Below are positions 17,550 through 25,848 of a stretch of 49,694 nt of DNA, piece after piece. The notes under the pieces were generated by a model that saw only the letters and a program-made list of their open reading frames with translations, was not told the origin of the DNA and did no database searches. The translations under genes and the position numbers were made by a program. Location: NCBI GenBank assembly GCA_043783345.1, contig JAYVZM010000411.1, forward strand, positions 1 through 49,694, written 5' to 3'. The DNA comes from Verrucomicrobiota bacterium (GTDB lineage: Bacteria > Verrucomicrobiota > Verrucomicrobiia > Opitutales > Opitutaceae). The first letter of the stretch is position 1. Each line of letters opens with the position of its first letter.

Positions 17550-18007
17550 AAACCCGCGACTGCGGCCACGGCGGTCCGGGGGCGGCGATCGGACGAGCCG
17601 GCGATAGCCGGCGGGCAACAGAAAAGCGTTTAGCGAGCCAAACAGCTCGTAGCTTTTCAGGCGAAACCTCGCCGGTGTTGCGGCACGGCCTGGCGTGCCC
17701 CGACCGAGCGGGTAGCGAGGATTTCGCCGCCCCCGGACCGCCGTGGAGTGCGGAGAAGCCGCGGGATGCGGCCGCGGAGGCCCGGCCGGAGGGCGTGAGC
17801 CGCGGGCGGGAGCGTCGGGAGCAATGTGCTGAGCGTTCGGCGCAAGCCGAGCCGTGGGGCAGCGAAGCTTGTTGCGACCAAAGCGGAGCCCGGGGCGAAG
17901 CCCGCAGGCCGGGCCGGAGCGGGGGCCGCGACAGCGGCGATAAAAGCCGCGCAGGTGCGCGCTGGGCGGCCTGAAGCCGCCGGCGCGGGGTCGGCGGGAT
18001 CTACTGG

Positions 18008-18811
18008 CTAGAAAAGTTCCAGCTGGGCCACCTCGAGGGTTGCGGGTCCGGCCGAGTCCGGGGTGGGGGAGGGTGCCCCGGCATCGGGCTCCTGTTCTTC
18101 CGGCTGGTCCTCGTCGTCGGCTTCGTGCCGGTTGGATTCGAGACCGGAAGCGAACGCGAAGTCCTGATCGATCGCGGGGATCGCGCCGGTCGGTTCCGGC
18201 GTGGTCCGGGGAGGCAGCGAGAGGTAGGCGTCTGCCGCGAAGCAGATGAACGGCCCGCCGTGGCCGGTGGTGGGACATTCGGCGAGGTCGCCGGCGAGGA
18301 GTCGCGCGACCCAGGGAGCGAAGAGCCGGACCCGTGCGATCGCCTGAGCGCAATGCTCGTTATTCCAGGTGCCGCCGGTCGGCTCTGGTTGGAGTGCCGG
18401 GGTGTCGGCGATGGTCGTCAATAGCCGGTAGGCGTGCTGCCAGAGGAGGATTCTGTCGTCGTCGCGAGCGAAAAAGCCGCGGTCGATCGCGGAAGTGGCA
18501 TGGTGTGACAGGTGGATATACCGCTGGATCGAGTCGCCCTGCAGCCGGGCGAAAGCCCGGCGGCAGCTCGTCAGCATTGACGAGGTTTCGCGCTCGTTCT
18601 CGAGCGCGAGCTTTTCGAGGATCTCCTGGGTTGGAGTCGGAGCGGCCGGTCCGCAGCTCATGGAGCGGTAGCCGGTATGGCTGACGGGGAAATAACCGCG
18701 TTCGATCGCGTGGAGCTCGCCGCCGAATTGCGAGCGACGGTAAGCGACCGGGCGGCCGCGCACGGTGAAAATTTCATCCGGAACGGTGAGACTGTCGGAA
18801 TCGTTGTTCAT
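18008..18811 (-). CDS. Hypothetical protein with C-terminal beta-clamp-binding-like motif
   Basis: 267 aa from ATG 18811. Contains PVSHTGYRS and an acidic disordered tail, and ends AQLELF. Confidence 0.7.
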   Translation of the reverse strand: MNNDSDSLTVPDEIFTVRGRPVAYRRSQFGGELHAIERGYFPVSHTGYRSMSCGPAAPTPTQEILEKLALENERETSSMLTSCRRAFARLQGDSIQRYIHLSHHATSAIDRGFFARDDDRILLWQHAYRLLTTIADTPALQPEPTGGTWNNEHCAQAIARVRLFAPWVARLLAGDLAECPTTGHGGPFICFAADAYLSLPPRTTPEPTGAIPAIDQDFAFASGLESNRHEADDEDQPEEQEPDAGAPSPTPDSAGPATLEVAQLELF

Positions 18812-18822
18812 GATCTGCGGAG

Positions 18823-19434
18823 TCAGTTGTTGCCGAGCAGTTCTTCCGCTTTGGCCAGGGCCAACTCGGCGGCTTCCTCTGCGGTGGTGCCGCCGTCGCC
18901 GCCGAATTCTTTGAGGCCGCGGATCGCGTCCCGCAGGTCCTCGAGGGCGTCGACCGCGGCGTGGGCGGGCTCGCCGTCGAAGTTCAGCCGTTCGCACAGT
19001 GCGTCGATTTCCTCGAGGGTGAGTTCCGAGGTGGTTTCGTCGTCCTGTTCCATGTCGCGCTGCAGGTAGCGGAGGGCTTCGATCGTCGCGGAGGCCTCGC
19101 GATCGGTGAGCCGGTGGAGTGAGTCCGCCGGCGCGGCCGCTGGCGTCGGCTTGAGCGGTTCGCCCTCGAGACTGAGGGAGGATTGCGGCCAGTCGCGGCC
19201 GTCCTCGTCGGTCCAGAGTGGTTCGCCGCGCTCGATGCGCTGGGTTTGGGTGTCCCAATGGATCTTGGACTCTCCTTCGCATTCGAAGGCGATCGAGCCG
19301 TCCGGATTGCGGCCGTGGGCGACCACGTGGGCGGTGGCGAGCAATTCGTCGGCCGTCCCGACGATGCGTTTCCCATTGGGAGCGTAGAGTTCGCGGGCCT
19401 CGCGGCCAGTGGTGAGATGCGGATGCGATTTCAT
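18823..19434 (-). CDS. Acidic hypothetical protein
   Basis: 203 aa from ATG 19434. Motif WDTQ...WTDEDG..W and a Glu/Asp-rich helical C-terminal half. Confidence 0.7.
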   Translation of the reverse strand: MKSHPHLTTGREARELYAPNGKRIVGTADELLATAHVVAHGRNPDGSIAFECEGESKIHWDTQTQRIERGEPLWTDEDGRDWPQSSLSLEGEPLKPTPAAAPADSLHRLTDREASATIEALRYLQRDMEQDDETTSELTLEEIDALCERLNFDGEPAHAAVDALEDLRDAIRGLKEFGGDGGTTAEEAAELALAKAEELLGNN

Positions 19435-19500
19435 GGTGAATGCGCGCGGCCGCGCGCCTGCCGCCGGGTCATCCGGTGGCATCGAGGCGTTTAGCCGAGC

Positions 19501-19611
19501 GCGTTTCTGCCGGGCACACCAGGTCAAGCGGCGCGTTGGCGCCGCGGAGGCGGAAAGCCCGTGCCCCTGGGGCCGGGCGGGCCTTGACGGTGTGGCAGGC
19601 TGGGGAAACGC
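19501..19611. promoter_or_regulatory. Large stem-loop resembling a single-stranded DNA promoter (Frpo-like)
   Basis: Nested pairing GCGTTTC/GAAACGC, CACACC/GGTGTG and GTCAAG/CTTGAC (a -35-like hexamer in the stem), upstream of the 19434 gene. Confidence 0.5.
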
Positions 19612-19792
19612 TGCTGCCCAGCCTCAGTGAGTTGGCCGCGGAATCGCGGGGTGGGGGTTGGTTCGCCGGCGTCGGCAAAGTGGTAATGCGGCTGGTCCCT
19701 GGTCCTCGCGGCCTGGCGGCGAGGACCTCGAGCGATCGCGAAGGTCCCGCTGAGTTGCATTTGGAATGTTTCGCGCCAACCTCCTGTCCTTT

Positions 19793-19972
19793 ATGGATCA
19801 GTCACCCGATCGCTTTGCCGCGGCCGCGAAAAGGCTAAATGCTTTGATCGAAGAATTCGAGCAAGCGGACGTGGACGAGGCTGTCGGTGATGACAGCCGC
19901 CAAATTAAAGAAGAACTCATTGCGCACTTTCTGCGGGAGTTCGCAGGCGATGGCTCGCAGCAATTGCGCTGA
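19793..19972 (+). CDS. Small acidic hypothetical protein
   Basis: 59 aa from ATG 19793, 13 bp upstream of the SRAP gene. Confidence 0.5.
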   Translation: MDQSPDRFAAAAKRLNALIEEFEQADVDEAVGDDSRQIKEELIAHFLREFAGDGSQQLR

Positions 19973-19985
19973 ACAATTCCTGCCC

Positions 19986-20660
19986 ATGTGCGGTCGCTAT
20001 GTGTTGAAGAACCCGGGCCAGGCCAGAAAGGCGCTGGAACGCCTGGGCGTTAAGGTTGAGGCGAGCGTAGCGTTGCCGGAGCGCTATAACGTGGCCCCGA
20101 CGCAGACCATGCCAGTGGTTCGCGGAGGTCCGGAGTGGGATCTTGCAACATTGCGCTGGGGACATTTCGCGCAATTCGCGCCAGGTGCGAAGCCCACTTT
20201 GCTGGTGAACGGGCGCTCCGAGCTGGCGGCAGAAAAAAAGACCTTCAAGAAAGCGGTCGAGGAACGCCGTTGTATCGTTCCCGCGGACGGCTTTTTTGAG
20301 TGGAAGTTGAACCCAAATAGTAAGTTCAAGCTGCCGTTCTATATCCGGTGCCGGGGCGAACCGACCTTCTGGATTGCCGGTTTGCACTGGCCCGAAAGTG
20401 AAAGCGAGCCAGGCAACTATATTTTACTCACCACCGGCCCCAACGAGCTTGTCGCCACCATTCACGATCGAATGCCAGTGATCTTGGACGATGCGGCCGC
20501 GAAGGAGTGGCTGGCGCCTGGTCCGCTCCTGCCGGGGCGAATGGCTGGCCTTTGTGCCAGCTATCCCGCCTCGGAAATGGTGGCCGATGCCGTGGGGACT
20601 CTGGTCAACAGTGCCCGCAACGACGTCCCGGAGTGCGTGGAACTCGCGATGCTGCAGTGA
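19986..20660 (+). CDS. SRAP / YedK (HMCES-like) abasic-site processing protein
   Basis: N-terminal MCGRY, RYNVAPTQ, L.WG, NGRSE, RRCIVPADGFFEW, IHDRMPVIL. Confidence 0.93.
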   Translation: MCGRYVLKNPGQARKALERLGVKVEASVALPERYNVAPTQTMPVVRGGPEWDLATLRWGHFAQFAPGAKPTLLVNGRSELAAEKKTFKKAVEERRCIVPADGFFEWKLNPNSKFKLPFYIRCRGEPTFWIAGLHWPESESEPGNYILLTTGPNELVATIHDRMPVILDDAAAKEWLAPGPLLPGRMAGLCASYPASEMVADAVGTLVNSARNDVPECVELAMLQ

Positions 20661-21013
20661 GTGAATCGGAGCAAATCTACTTTCTTCTGACGCATCTGTT
20701 ATCCCTGCGCACGGCGGATGGGCGGCCAGTGGTGCACGGGCCGGGCCTGCTGGCCGAAATGTGCGAGGATCCTCCGCGCGAAACTTTCGGGATCACAGTG
20801 GAGGAGTTGGCGGCTTTCCTGGCGGGTTCACCTGACGACATGGCCACGGCCTCGGCGACGACGCTGGTCCTCTCCGGCCGCGTCAACTTTGCCTACCGAA
20901 TCGTGGTCGGGGCGGTGACACCGCCTTACCGGGTGGATTGGCTGTGCGCGACGGCCTCGCGCGATTTCCTTTCGCCCCGGTGGCCAGCCTTCCGCAATGG
21001 TCGACGGCTGTAG
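20657..21013 (+). CDS. Hypothetical protein
   Basis: 118 aa from a GTG overlapping the SRAP stop (GTGA). Confidence 0.5.
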   Translation: MSESEQIYFLLTHLLSLRTADGRPVVHGPGLLAEMCEDPPRETFGITVEELAAFLAGSPDDMATASATTLVLSGRVNFAYRIVVGAVTPPYRVDWLCATASRDFLSPRWPAFRNGRRL

Positions 21014-21043
21014 GGGAGAGGACGGCCAGGCCGTCGACGGTCC

Positions 21044-21079
21044 TCAGCTAGCTAGGCTAGCTCAGCAAGCTTAGTCGGC
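21044..21079. repeat. 9-bp nnnGCTAGC array, site H
   Basis: tcagctagc taggctagc tcagcaagc ttagtcggc, between convergent genes. Confidence 0.65.
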
Positions 21080-21128
21080 CAGCTCCGCGGCTGCGGGCTG
21101 GTGGATCTTGACCGTGCCGGGCTCGAGG

Positions 21129-21827
21129 CTAGAAGCGAGGAGTTGTGACACGGTGCGACGGAACTTGCGGATTTCGGATGCACTCCAGGTTGCGGAGGCC
21201 GTAGATGTAGTAGGCTTCCCGGGAGGTGAGCCGGTCGTAGTCGAAGCCGAGGTGAGTTGTGATCGTAGAGAGCTCATTGCGGAAACGGGCGGCAATGCCC
21301 ATGAGGACGGTATTGTCCGGAACCAGGTTGGAGGAAAACAGGTGACTCGAAAGTGACATGGCGCCGAGGACATCGCCGCCCTTGGCCTGGATGTGGCCGC
21401 GGAGATTCGCAATCGAGGAACCGAAGGCGCAGATGTCGTGGCAAATGAGATAAGATCCTTTCGGCGGCTGGCCGTCGTAGCCCGACTGGTTGAGGAGTCG
21501 CGAAACGGAGTCGGCCGGGACCTCGGTGCGCTGTTTCTCGCGCACGATCGAGGCGACCAACTCGGCCCCCGTCTCGCGCGCGACGAGTTCGGCCAAGGCG
21601 AGCGCGAGCGGGTTGAAGCGGCCGTCGGGCGAGAATTCGATCGTGGGGCACACGTAGTCCACGCGGCCGCTCCATTGGGCGGGCCGGAGGAACGTGCGGG
21701 CGACGTCCCGCGCGGCCTTGAGGTCGCCGCCCCGGGCGGCCGCATACAGCGGATGAGCCTCGAGGTTCGCCCGGGAGGTGTGGGTGATGACGGAAGGAAA
21801 TTTTCCCCATGGGAATCGGGTAACCAT
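21129..21827 (-). CDS. Phosphoribosyltransferase-fold protein, degenerate PRPP loop
   Basis: HPLYAAARGGD..AA, NPL..ALA, YLICHDICAFGSSIANLRGHI..KGG.V and LTSREA.Y resemble mobile-element PRTase-like proteins. Start set at ATG 21827. Confidence 0.65.
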   Translation of the reverse strand: MVTRFPWGKFPSVITHTSRANLEAHPLYAAARGGDLKAARDVARTFLRPAQWSGRVDYVCPTIEFSPDGRFNPLALALAELVARETGAELVASIVREKQRTEVPADSVSRLLNQSGYDGQPPKGSYLICHDICAFGSSIANLRGHIQAKGGDVLGAMSLSSHLFSSNLVPDNTVLMGIAARFRNELSTITTHLGFDYDRLTSREAYYIYGLRNLECIRNPQVPSHRVTTPRF

Positions 21828-21907
21828 AAAGCAAAAGGCTGGGACGCACAGAGCGCCCCAGCCTTCGCGTAGCAACAAACGCCAACGGACGACTGGCCCG
21901 TTAAACG

Positions 21908-22291
21908 TCAGACTTTCGGTGCGATGGCGGTTCGTTGTGCAACTGCTTGCTGAGCTAACGCCTGTTGGGCGACACTGCGATAAGCGGACGACTGCTTGGC
22001 AGCAGGAATCTTGGCGATCGCGGCATCGACCTTGGCCTTCAAGGCCGGGTCCGCTTCGACGACGGCACGAAGAGCGTCGACCTTGGTTGCCACTGACTCG
22101 GCGCGCTTCATGCGGTTAAGCATGAGCTTCCGGACCAGGACGGTCTTCTCCATCTTCATGTAGGCGTCGTGGAGTCCCGGATTCTCGGCGATGAACTGGT
22201 TGATTTTCGCGTCGATTTCGGGATTCACTCGCTGACCTTGGGACTTGTCGGTTTTCCGACGTTCACTGAGCTGTTGGCTGAGCGCTGTCAT
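21908..22291 (-). CDS. Helical hypothetical protein
   Basis: 127 aa with protein-like composition, ending IAPKV. Confidence 0.75.
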   Translation of the reverse strand: MTALSQQLSERRKTDKSQGQRVNPEIDAKINQFIAENPGLHDAYMKMEKTVLVRKLMLNRMKRAESVATKVDALRAVVEADPALKAKVDAAIAKIPAAKQSSAYRSVAQQALAQQAVAQRTAIAPKV

Positions 22292-22450
22292 GGACGTATT
22301 ATTTCACGTAGGGCCTCGCATTGGTGCCGGGTGCGAGGGTTATATTGGCCCGGCGCGGCCGGAGCAGTCCGTCGATAGACGGGCCGCCCTGGCCACAAGC
22401 TGATGGAATGATGCTTAACCCTTCGGCGGGGGTCATGGCAAGTTACTAAG

Positions 22451-22735
22451 TTATGCCGTGGGGAGGCCCGCCGCGGTCTCCTCGGCGGTTTCCGCGTCGT
22501 CCTGGCCTCCCAGGTCGATCGGATTGCGGGTGAGGCTGAAAACGATCGAGCGGGCCAGGAAATCGGGCTCCATCGCCAGCAGGTGCACCTTGATGACTTC
22601 ATCGGCGGTAAGATCGAGGCCGGACTTTTCGTGCACGATTTTTTGCACGCGCGCGACCATTTCGGCGATTACCTTGTCGGCGTCCTGGAAGGTCGGGCGC
22701 TGTTCCCCGGGGGGCACGGTGGCGCGCGCGCTCAT
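22451..22735 (-). CDS. Hypothetical protein
   Basis: 94 aa, ATGA overlap with the ssb stop. Confidence 0.65.
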   Translation of the reverse strand: MSARATVPPGEQRPTFQDADKVIAEMVARVQKIVHEKSGLDLTADEVIKVHLLAMEPDFLARSIVFSLTRNPIDLGGQDDAETAEETAAGLPTA

Positions 22736-23115
22736 GTGCGGGGGCCGCGCGCCCGCGGCGTTGAGGGCTGCGGTTGCGCCGCGGGCTCGCCGGTCTTTTC
22801 CTCGCCCTTGGTGCGCGGGATCGGCGTGAGCTTGTCCGCGCGAATGGTGAAGAATTCCTTGTCGCCCTTGAGGTCGTAGTCGAGTTCGCCGGTGACGACA
22901 AAACGCGAGCCCTTCGTCACGACCTTTTTCGCATAGTTGCGCGTGTTCGCCCCAAAGAGCACGCCAATGGGAACGGCCTTTTCGAGGGGTTTCTTGCCGT
23001 CGTCGGTGCCGGCATAACGATTGTGGATGGCAAAGACGGTCGCGAAGGTTTCGCGATCGACGAGTTCAGCAGCGGCATTCACCTCGAGGGTGATGGTGTT
23101 GATGTTGTGGCTCAT
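22732..23115 (-). CDS. ssb: Single-stranded DNA-binding protein (divergent)
   Basis: 127 aa from ATG 23115. SSB OB-fold pattern: INTITL, V.FG...Y....TKGSRFVVTGELDY, TIRADKL. No acidic tip. Confidence 0.7.
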   Translation of the reverse strand: MSHNINTITLEVNAAAELVDRETFATVFAIHNRYAGTDDGKKPLEKAVPIGVLFGANTRNYAKKVVTKGSRFVVTGELDYDLKGDKEFFTIRADKLTPIPRTKGEEKTGEPAAQPQPSTPRARGPRT

Positions 23116-23606
23116 TTTGTGGCGGGGTTGAAGGGGAGGGGCAGGGTGGCGGTGATGAGGGCCGTGGCGAAGCGCTGGCCGTCCTGGTTGAGGACCAGGT
23201 TGACGGCCTCGATGCGCGTGCTGGGGCGTTCCTCGAGCTTTTTGAGGACGCGGAGAAATTCCGGGTAGTCGCGCAGCTGCGCGGCGTCCTTGCTGAACGC
23301 GTAACGAGCGAGCTGCACCGTGGCCTTGGTTTCGGTGCTGATCTGCTGCGCGGTCCAACCTTTCGGGAGCTCCTGCTGGAAGGTTTCGACGGCCGCCGGC
23401 GTCCAGAGCGCGCCCAGGGCGCGTTCGGCCTCGGCGGCCATGGTGCGGCTCTGGCCGGCGAAGCCCACCAGGTCTTTTTGCTCGGCCTCGAGCTTGGCGA
23501 CGCCCGGATCGGAGCTCGAGAGATTCGGCGGCCGCACCAGCCGGAGCGTGACGACCAGGGCGAACAAGCCGAGGGCGGCGGCGAGGATGATGATAGATTT
23601 TTTCAT
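23112..23606 (-). CDS. PilO/GspM-like alignment protein
   Basis: N-terminal TM, coiled coil, and a ferredoxin-like C-terminus (YPEFLRVLKKLEERPSTRIEAVNL). Located in the pilus operon. Confidence 0.6.
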   Translation of the reverse strand: MKKSIIILAAALGLFALVVTLRLVRPPNLSSSDPGVAKLEAEQKDLVGFAGQSRTMAAEAERALGALWTPAAVETFQQELPKGWTAQQISTETKATVQLARYAFSKDAAQLRDYPEFLRVLKKLEERPSTRIEAVNLVLNQDGQRFATALITATLPLPFNPATK

Positions 23607-23836
23607 GGGGGGAGAGAGTGCAGGTGAAAGCGCGCGATTTTCGCGCGATCGGGCGGGGCGCTCGTTTGGTGGGCGCGGTAGAGAGTGACGGCGACGCCGA
23701 GGTAGCGGATATGCTCGGCAGCCTGGTCGTAGCCGTTGGCGCGGAGGGCGGCGGCCAATTCGACCGGCGAGGTGCTGACCAGCAACGCCGCCGCGGCGTA
23801 AACCGTCTGCATCGGGTCGTTGGCCGCCTCGCTCAT
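23603..23836 (-). CDS. Small hypothetical protein
   Basis: 77 aa with ATGA overlaps on both sides. Confidence 0.5.
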   Translation of the reverse strand: MSEAANDPMQTVYAAAALLVSTSPVELAAALRANGYDQAAEHIRYLGVAVTLYRAHQTSAPPDRAKIARFHLHSLPP

Positions 23837-25071
23837 GGTTTGAGAGTCCCGGTGAGCGTCCACGCGGCCGAGTTCAACGTGGCCTTGGGGGCCTTGAACT
23901 CCCAGGGCCGCGCGCCGCCGGCGGCCAAGGAGTCGATGAACTGCGCGAAGGGGCCTTTCTCCTGGCCGACGCCTTCGTAGGCGATGCCGTCGATCGTAAA
24001 CTGCGCGTCGCGATACCGGAAGCCCTGGAGCTGCAGGGCCGGCGGCATCGCCTGGGTCACCGCGTCCAGAAAGGCGCTCGGCCGGGGATTGGGCAGGGGC
24101 ACGGCGTCTACGACCTCCTTGGCGCCCAGGTAGGCGTCCTTAGCGGCCGTCAGCTTCGCCACCTCGGCAGTCAGCGTCCGGCGTCGTTGTTCGATGTTCT
24201 TTTCGTTCTGGAGCGCTCGGTAGCTATCGACGCCGTAGTCATACGCGAGGACGCCCGCGGCGAGCGTAGCGACAGCGGCAATCGCCAGGAGCGTGTGCGC
24301 CCGGCGCCACTTGAACGGCCGTTGCGCGAGGTTGGCGCAGTCGGAAGGCGAGAACGCCTCCGTGGCGAGAAACACCGGCCAGGTTTCCACCCGCGGGGTA
24401 AGGGCGTGTGATCCGAGGAAATCGGTGACGCGGGGGGGAATTTCCTCGGTTTCGCAGACCACCAGGACGTGCGCCGGCGGGTTCTTGCGGCTCGCGAGCG
24501 CGGCCCCGAGGTGCTCTGTCAAGGTGTCGAAGCTGCGGAGGAGGCGGATGGCCGGCTTGCCGAGCTCGTTGACGTGATAGAACAGGTAGTCGTCGCCGGC
24601 GACGAGCAATGCGAGGTCGAGGCCGTCGGATTTCGTCCGGACCGTGAGCAGCGCCGCCGGCGGGACGGCGACGCGCACACGGGCGGAATGGTTTTCCGCC
24701 AGCAGGTGGAAAACATGCTCGAGGCGCGGCCGGGCTTCGTAGTGGAGCACGGTCGTGTATTTCCCATCGAGGTGAGGTTGGGGTTTCGTGACGGCCCAGG
24801 AAATCGCCGGGTTCGTCAGCTCCCGATACTCGCCGGCGAAGATCTTGCCGAGCTTCGCGCGCGTGGTGTTCGCGCACTCGGCAACCACGCAATGCAATTC
24901 GTGGGGCTGATACACGACATCGAAGATACTCGGCGCGGGATTGGCCTCGTCGAGCATTTGCATGATCGCGGCCGACATGTCCGCGCCATCGGGCAGCGCG
25001 CGCACGGTCGCGCTGCCCGACGCCGAGTAGATGAGTGTGTTGCCGAATACGGCAAGAACGGGCGTGGTCAT
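23833..25071 (-). CDS. PilM-PilN fusion / GspL-like alignment protein
   Basis: Cytoplasmic domain of about 255 aa, then a TM helix, a coiled coil and a PilN-like domain (FLDAVTQAMPPALQL...FTIDGIAY...QFIDSL). Confidence 0.7.
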   Translation of the reverse strand: MTTPVLAVFGNTLIYSASGSATVRALPDGADMSAAIMQMLDEANPAPSIFDVVYQPHELHCVVAECANTTRAKLGKIFAGEYRELTNPAISWAVTKPQPHLDGKYTTVLHYEARPRLEHVFHLLAENHSARVRVAVPPAALLTVRTKSDGLDLALLVAGDDYLFYHVNELGKPAIRLLRSFDTLTEHLGAALASRKNPPAHVLVVCETEEIPPRVTDFLGSHALTPRVETWPVFLATEAFSPSDCANLAQRPFKWRRAHTLLAIAAVATLAAGVLAYDYGVDSYRALQNEKNIEQRRRTLTAEVAKLTAAKDAYLGAKEVVDAVPLPNPRPSAFLDAVTQAMPPALQLQGFRYRDAQFTIDGIAYEGVGQEKGPFAQFIDSLAAGGARPWEFKAPKATLNSAAWTLTGTLKP

Positions 25072-25844
25072 CAGACGTCGAGGATGTAGATGTAAACCGT
25101 CGTGGCGCCGTTGACCGGCGTGTCATAGACGACCGCGCCTTTGCGATCGAGGGTCGATTCGTTCGTGCTGAAATTGTCGCCGTCGATTTTCTTGCTGATC
25201 TTGTAGGCGACACTCGCGGGGCAATTCGGGATGACAACGTAAACGATCCGGCGGCCGGTCGCGATGTTGCTCGAGCCATCGAGGAAGAAGTTCGCGCCTT
25301 GAGCGCTTTCGGGGGTTGTGGCATTCGACACCCTGCACTCCACGCGATTGCACAACGAATAGTCGCGCGTGGGCGCGGCATCCGGGCTCATCTTGAACGA
25401 CTGCGTCGGAATATCCCAAAGCACGTCGGCCGCCGCGGAGTTCGTGGCGACGAGGTTCGGGCCGGCCGGGATGTTGATGCCCCGCTCCGCGCATTTCTCG
25501 GTGAGCAACGCGGGCGCCAGCGTGGTGCAGTTGGAAATTGTGGCAAAGGCCGTCGCGCTGAATAACGCCCCTGTGGCCGGGATCTGGCCGCCGGCGGTTG
25601 CCTCGGTGATCGGGACCACGTTGCCGTGCTCCAGGGCGAATTGCGTCGTCGCATCTTTGATGGATTTGACGGCCGTCGTGACTGCGGACGCCTTGCCGTT
25701 TTCAGCGGCGAGGGTGTAGCCGGCGATCAGCGTGCCGATGATGGCGGTGACAATGGCTGCCGCGATCAGGATTTCAGTAAGCGTGAAGCCACGCGTCGAA
25801 CGAGGGAGCTTTTGGGCTCCGAGCTTGTTGGTATGTTTTTTCAT
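25071..25844 (-). CDS. Type IV pilin (candidate major pilin)
   Basis: Class III signal RSTRG|FTLTEILIAAAIV, ATG 25844, 257 aa, several Cys residues. Confidence 0.88.
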   Translation of the reverse strand: MKKHTNKLGAQKLPRSTRGFTLTEILIAAAIVTAIIGTLIAGYTLAAENGKASAVTTAVKSIKDATTQFALEHGNVVPITEATAGGQIPATGALFSATAFATISNCTTLAPALLTEKCAERGINIPAGPNLVATNSAAADVLWDIPTQSFKMSPDAAPTRDYSLCNRVECRVSNATTPESAQGANFFLDGSSNIATGRRIVYVVIPNCPASVAYKISKKIDGDNFSTNESTLDRKGAVVYDTPVNGATTVYIYILDV

Positions 25845-25848
25845 GGGA

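Noticed and set aside
17271-18007. ORFs in the GC-rich gap after the response regulator
   Set aside because: Translations are Arg/Pro/Gly low-complexity in all frames, so the region is more consistent with structured non-coding DNA.
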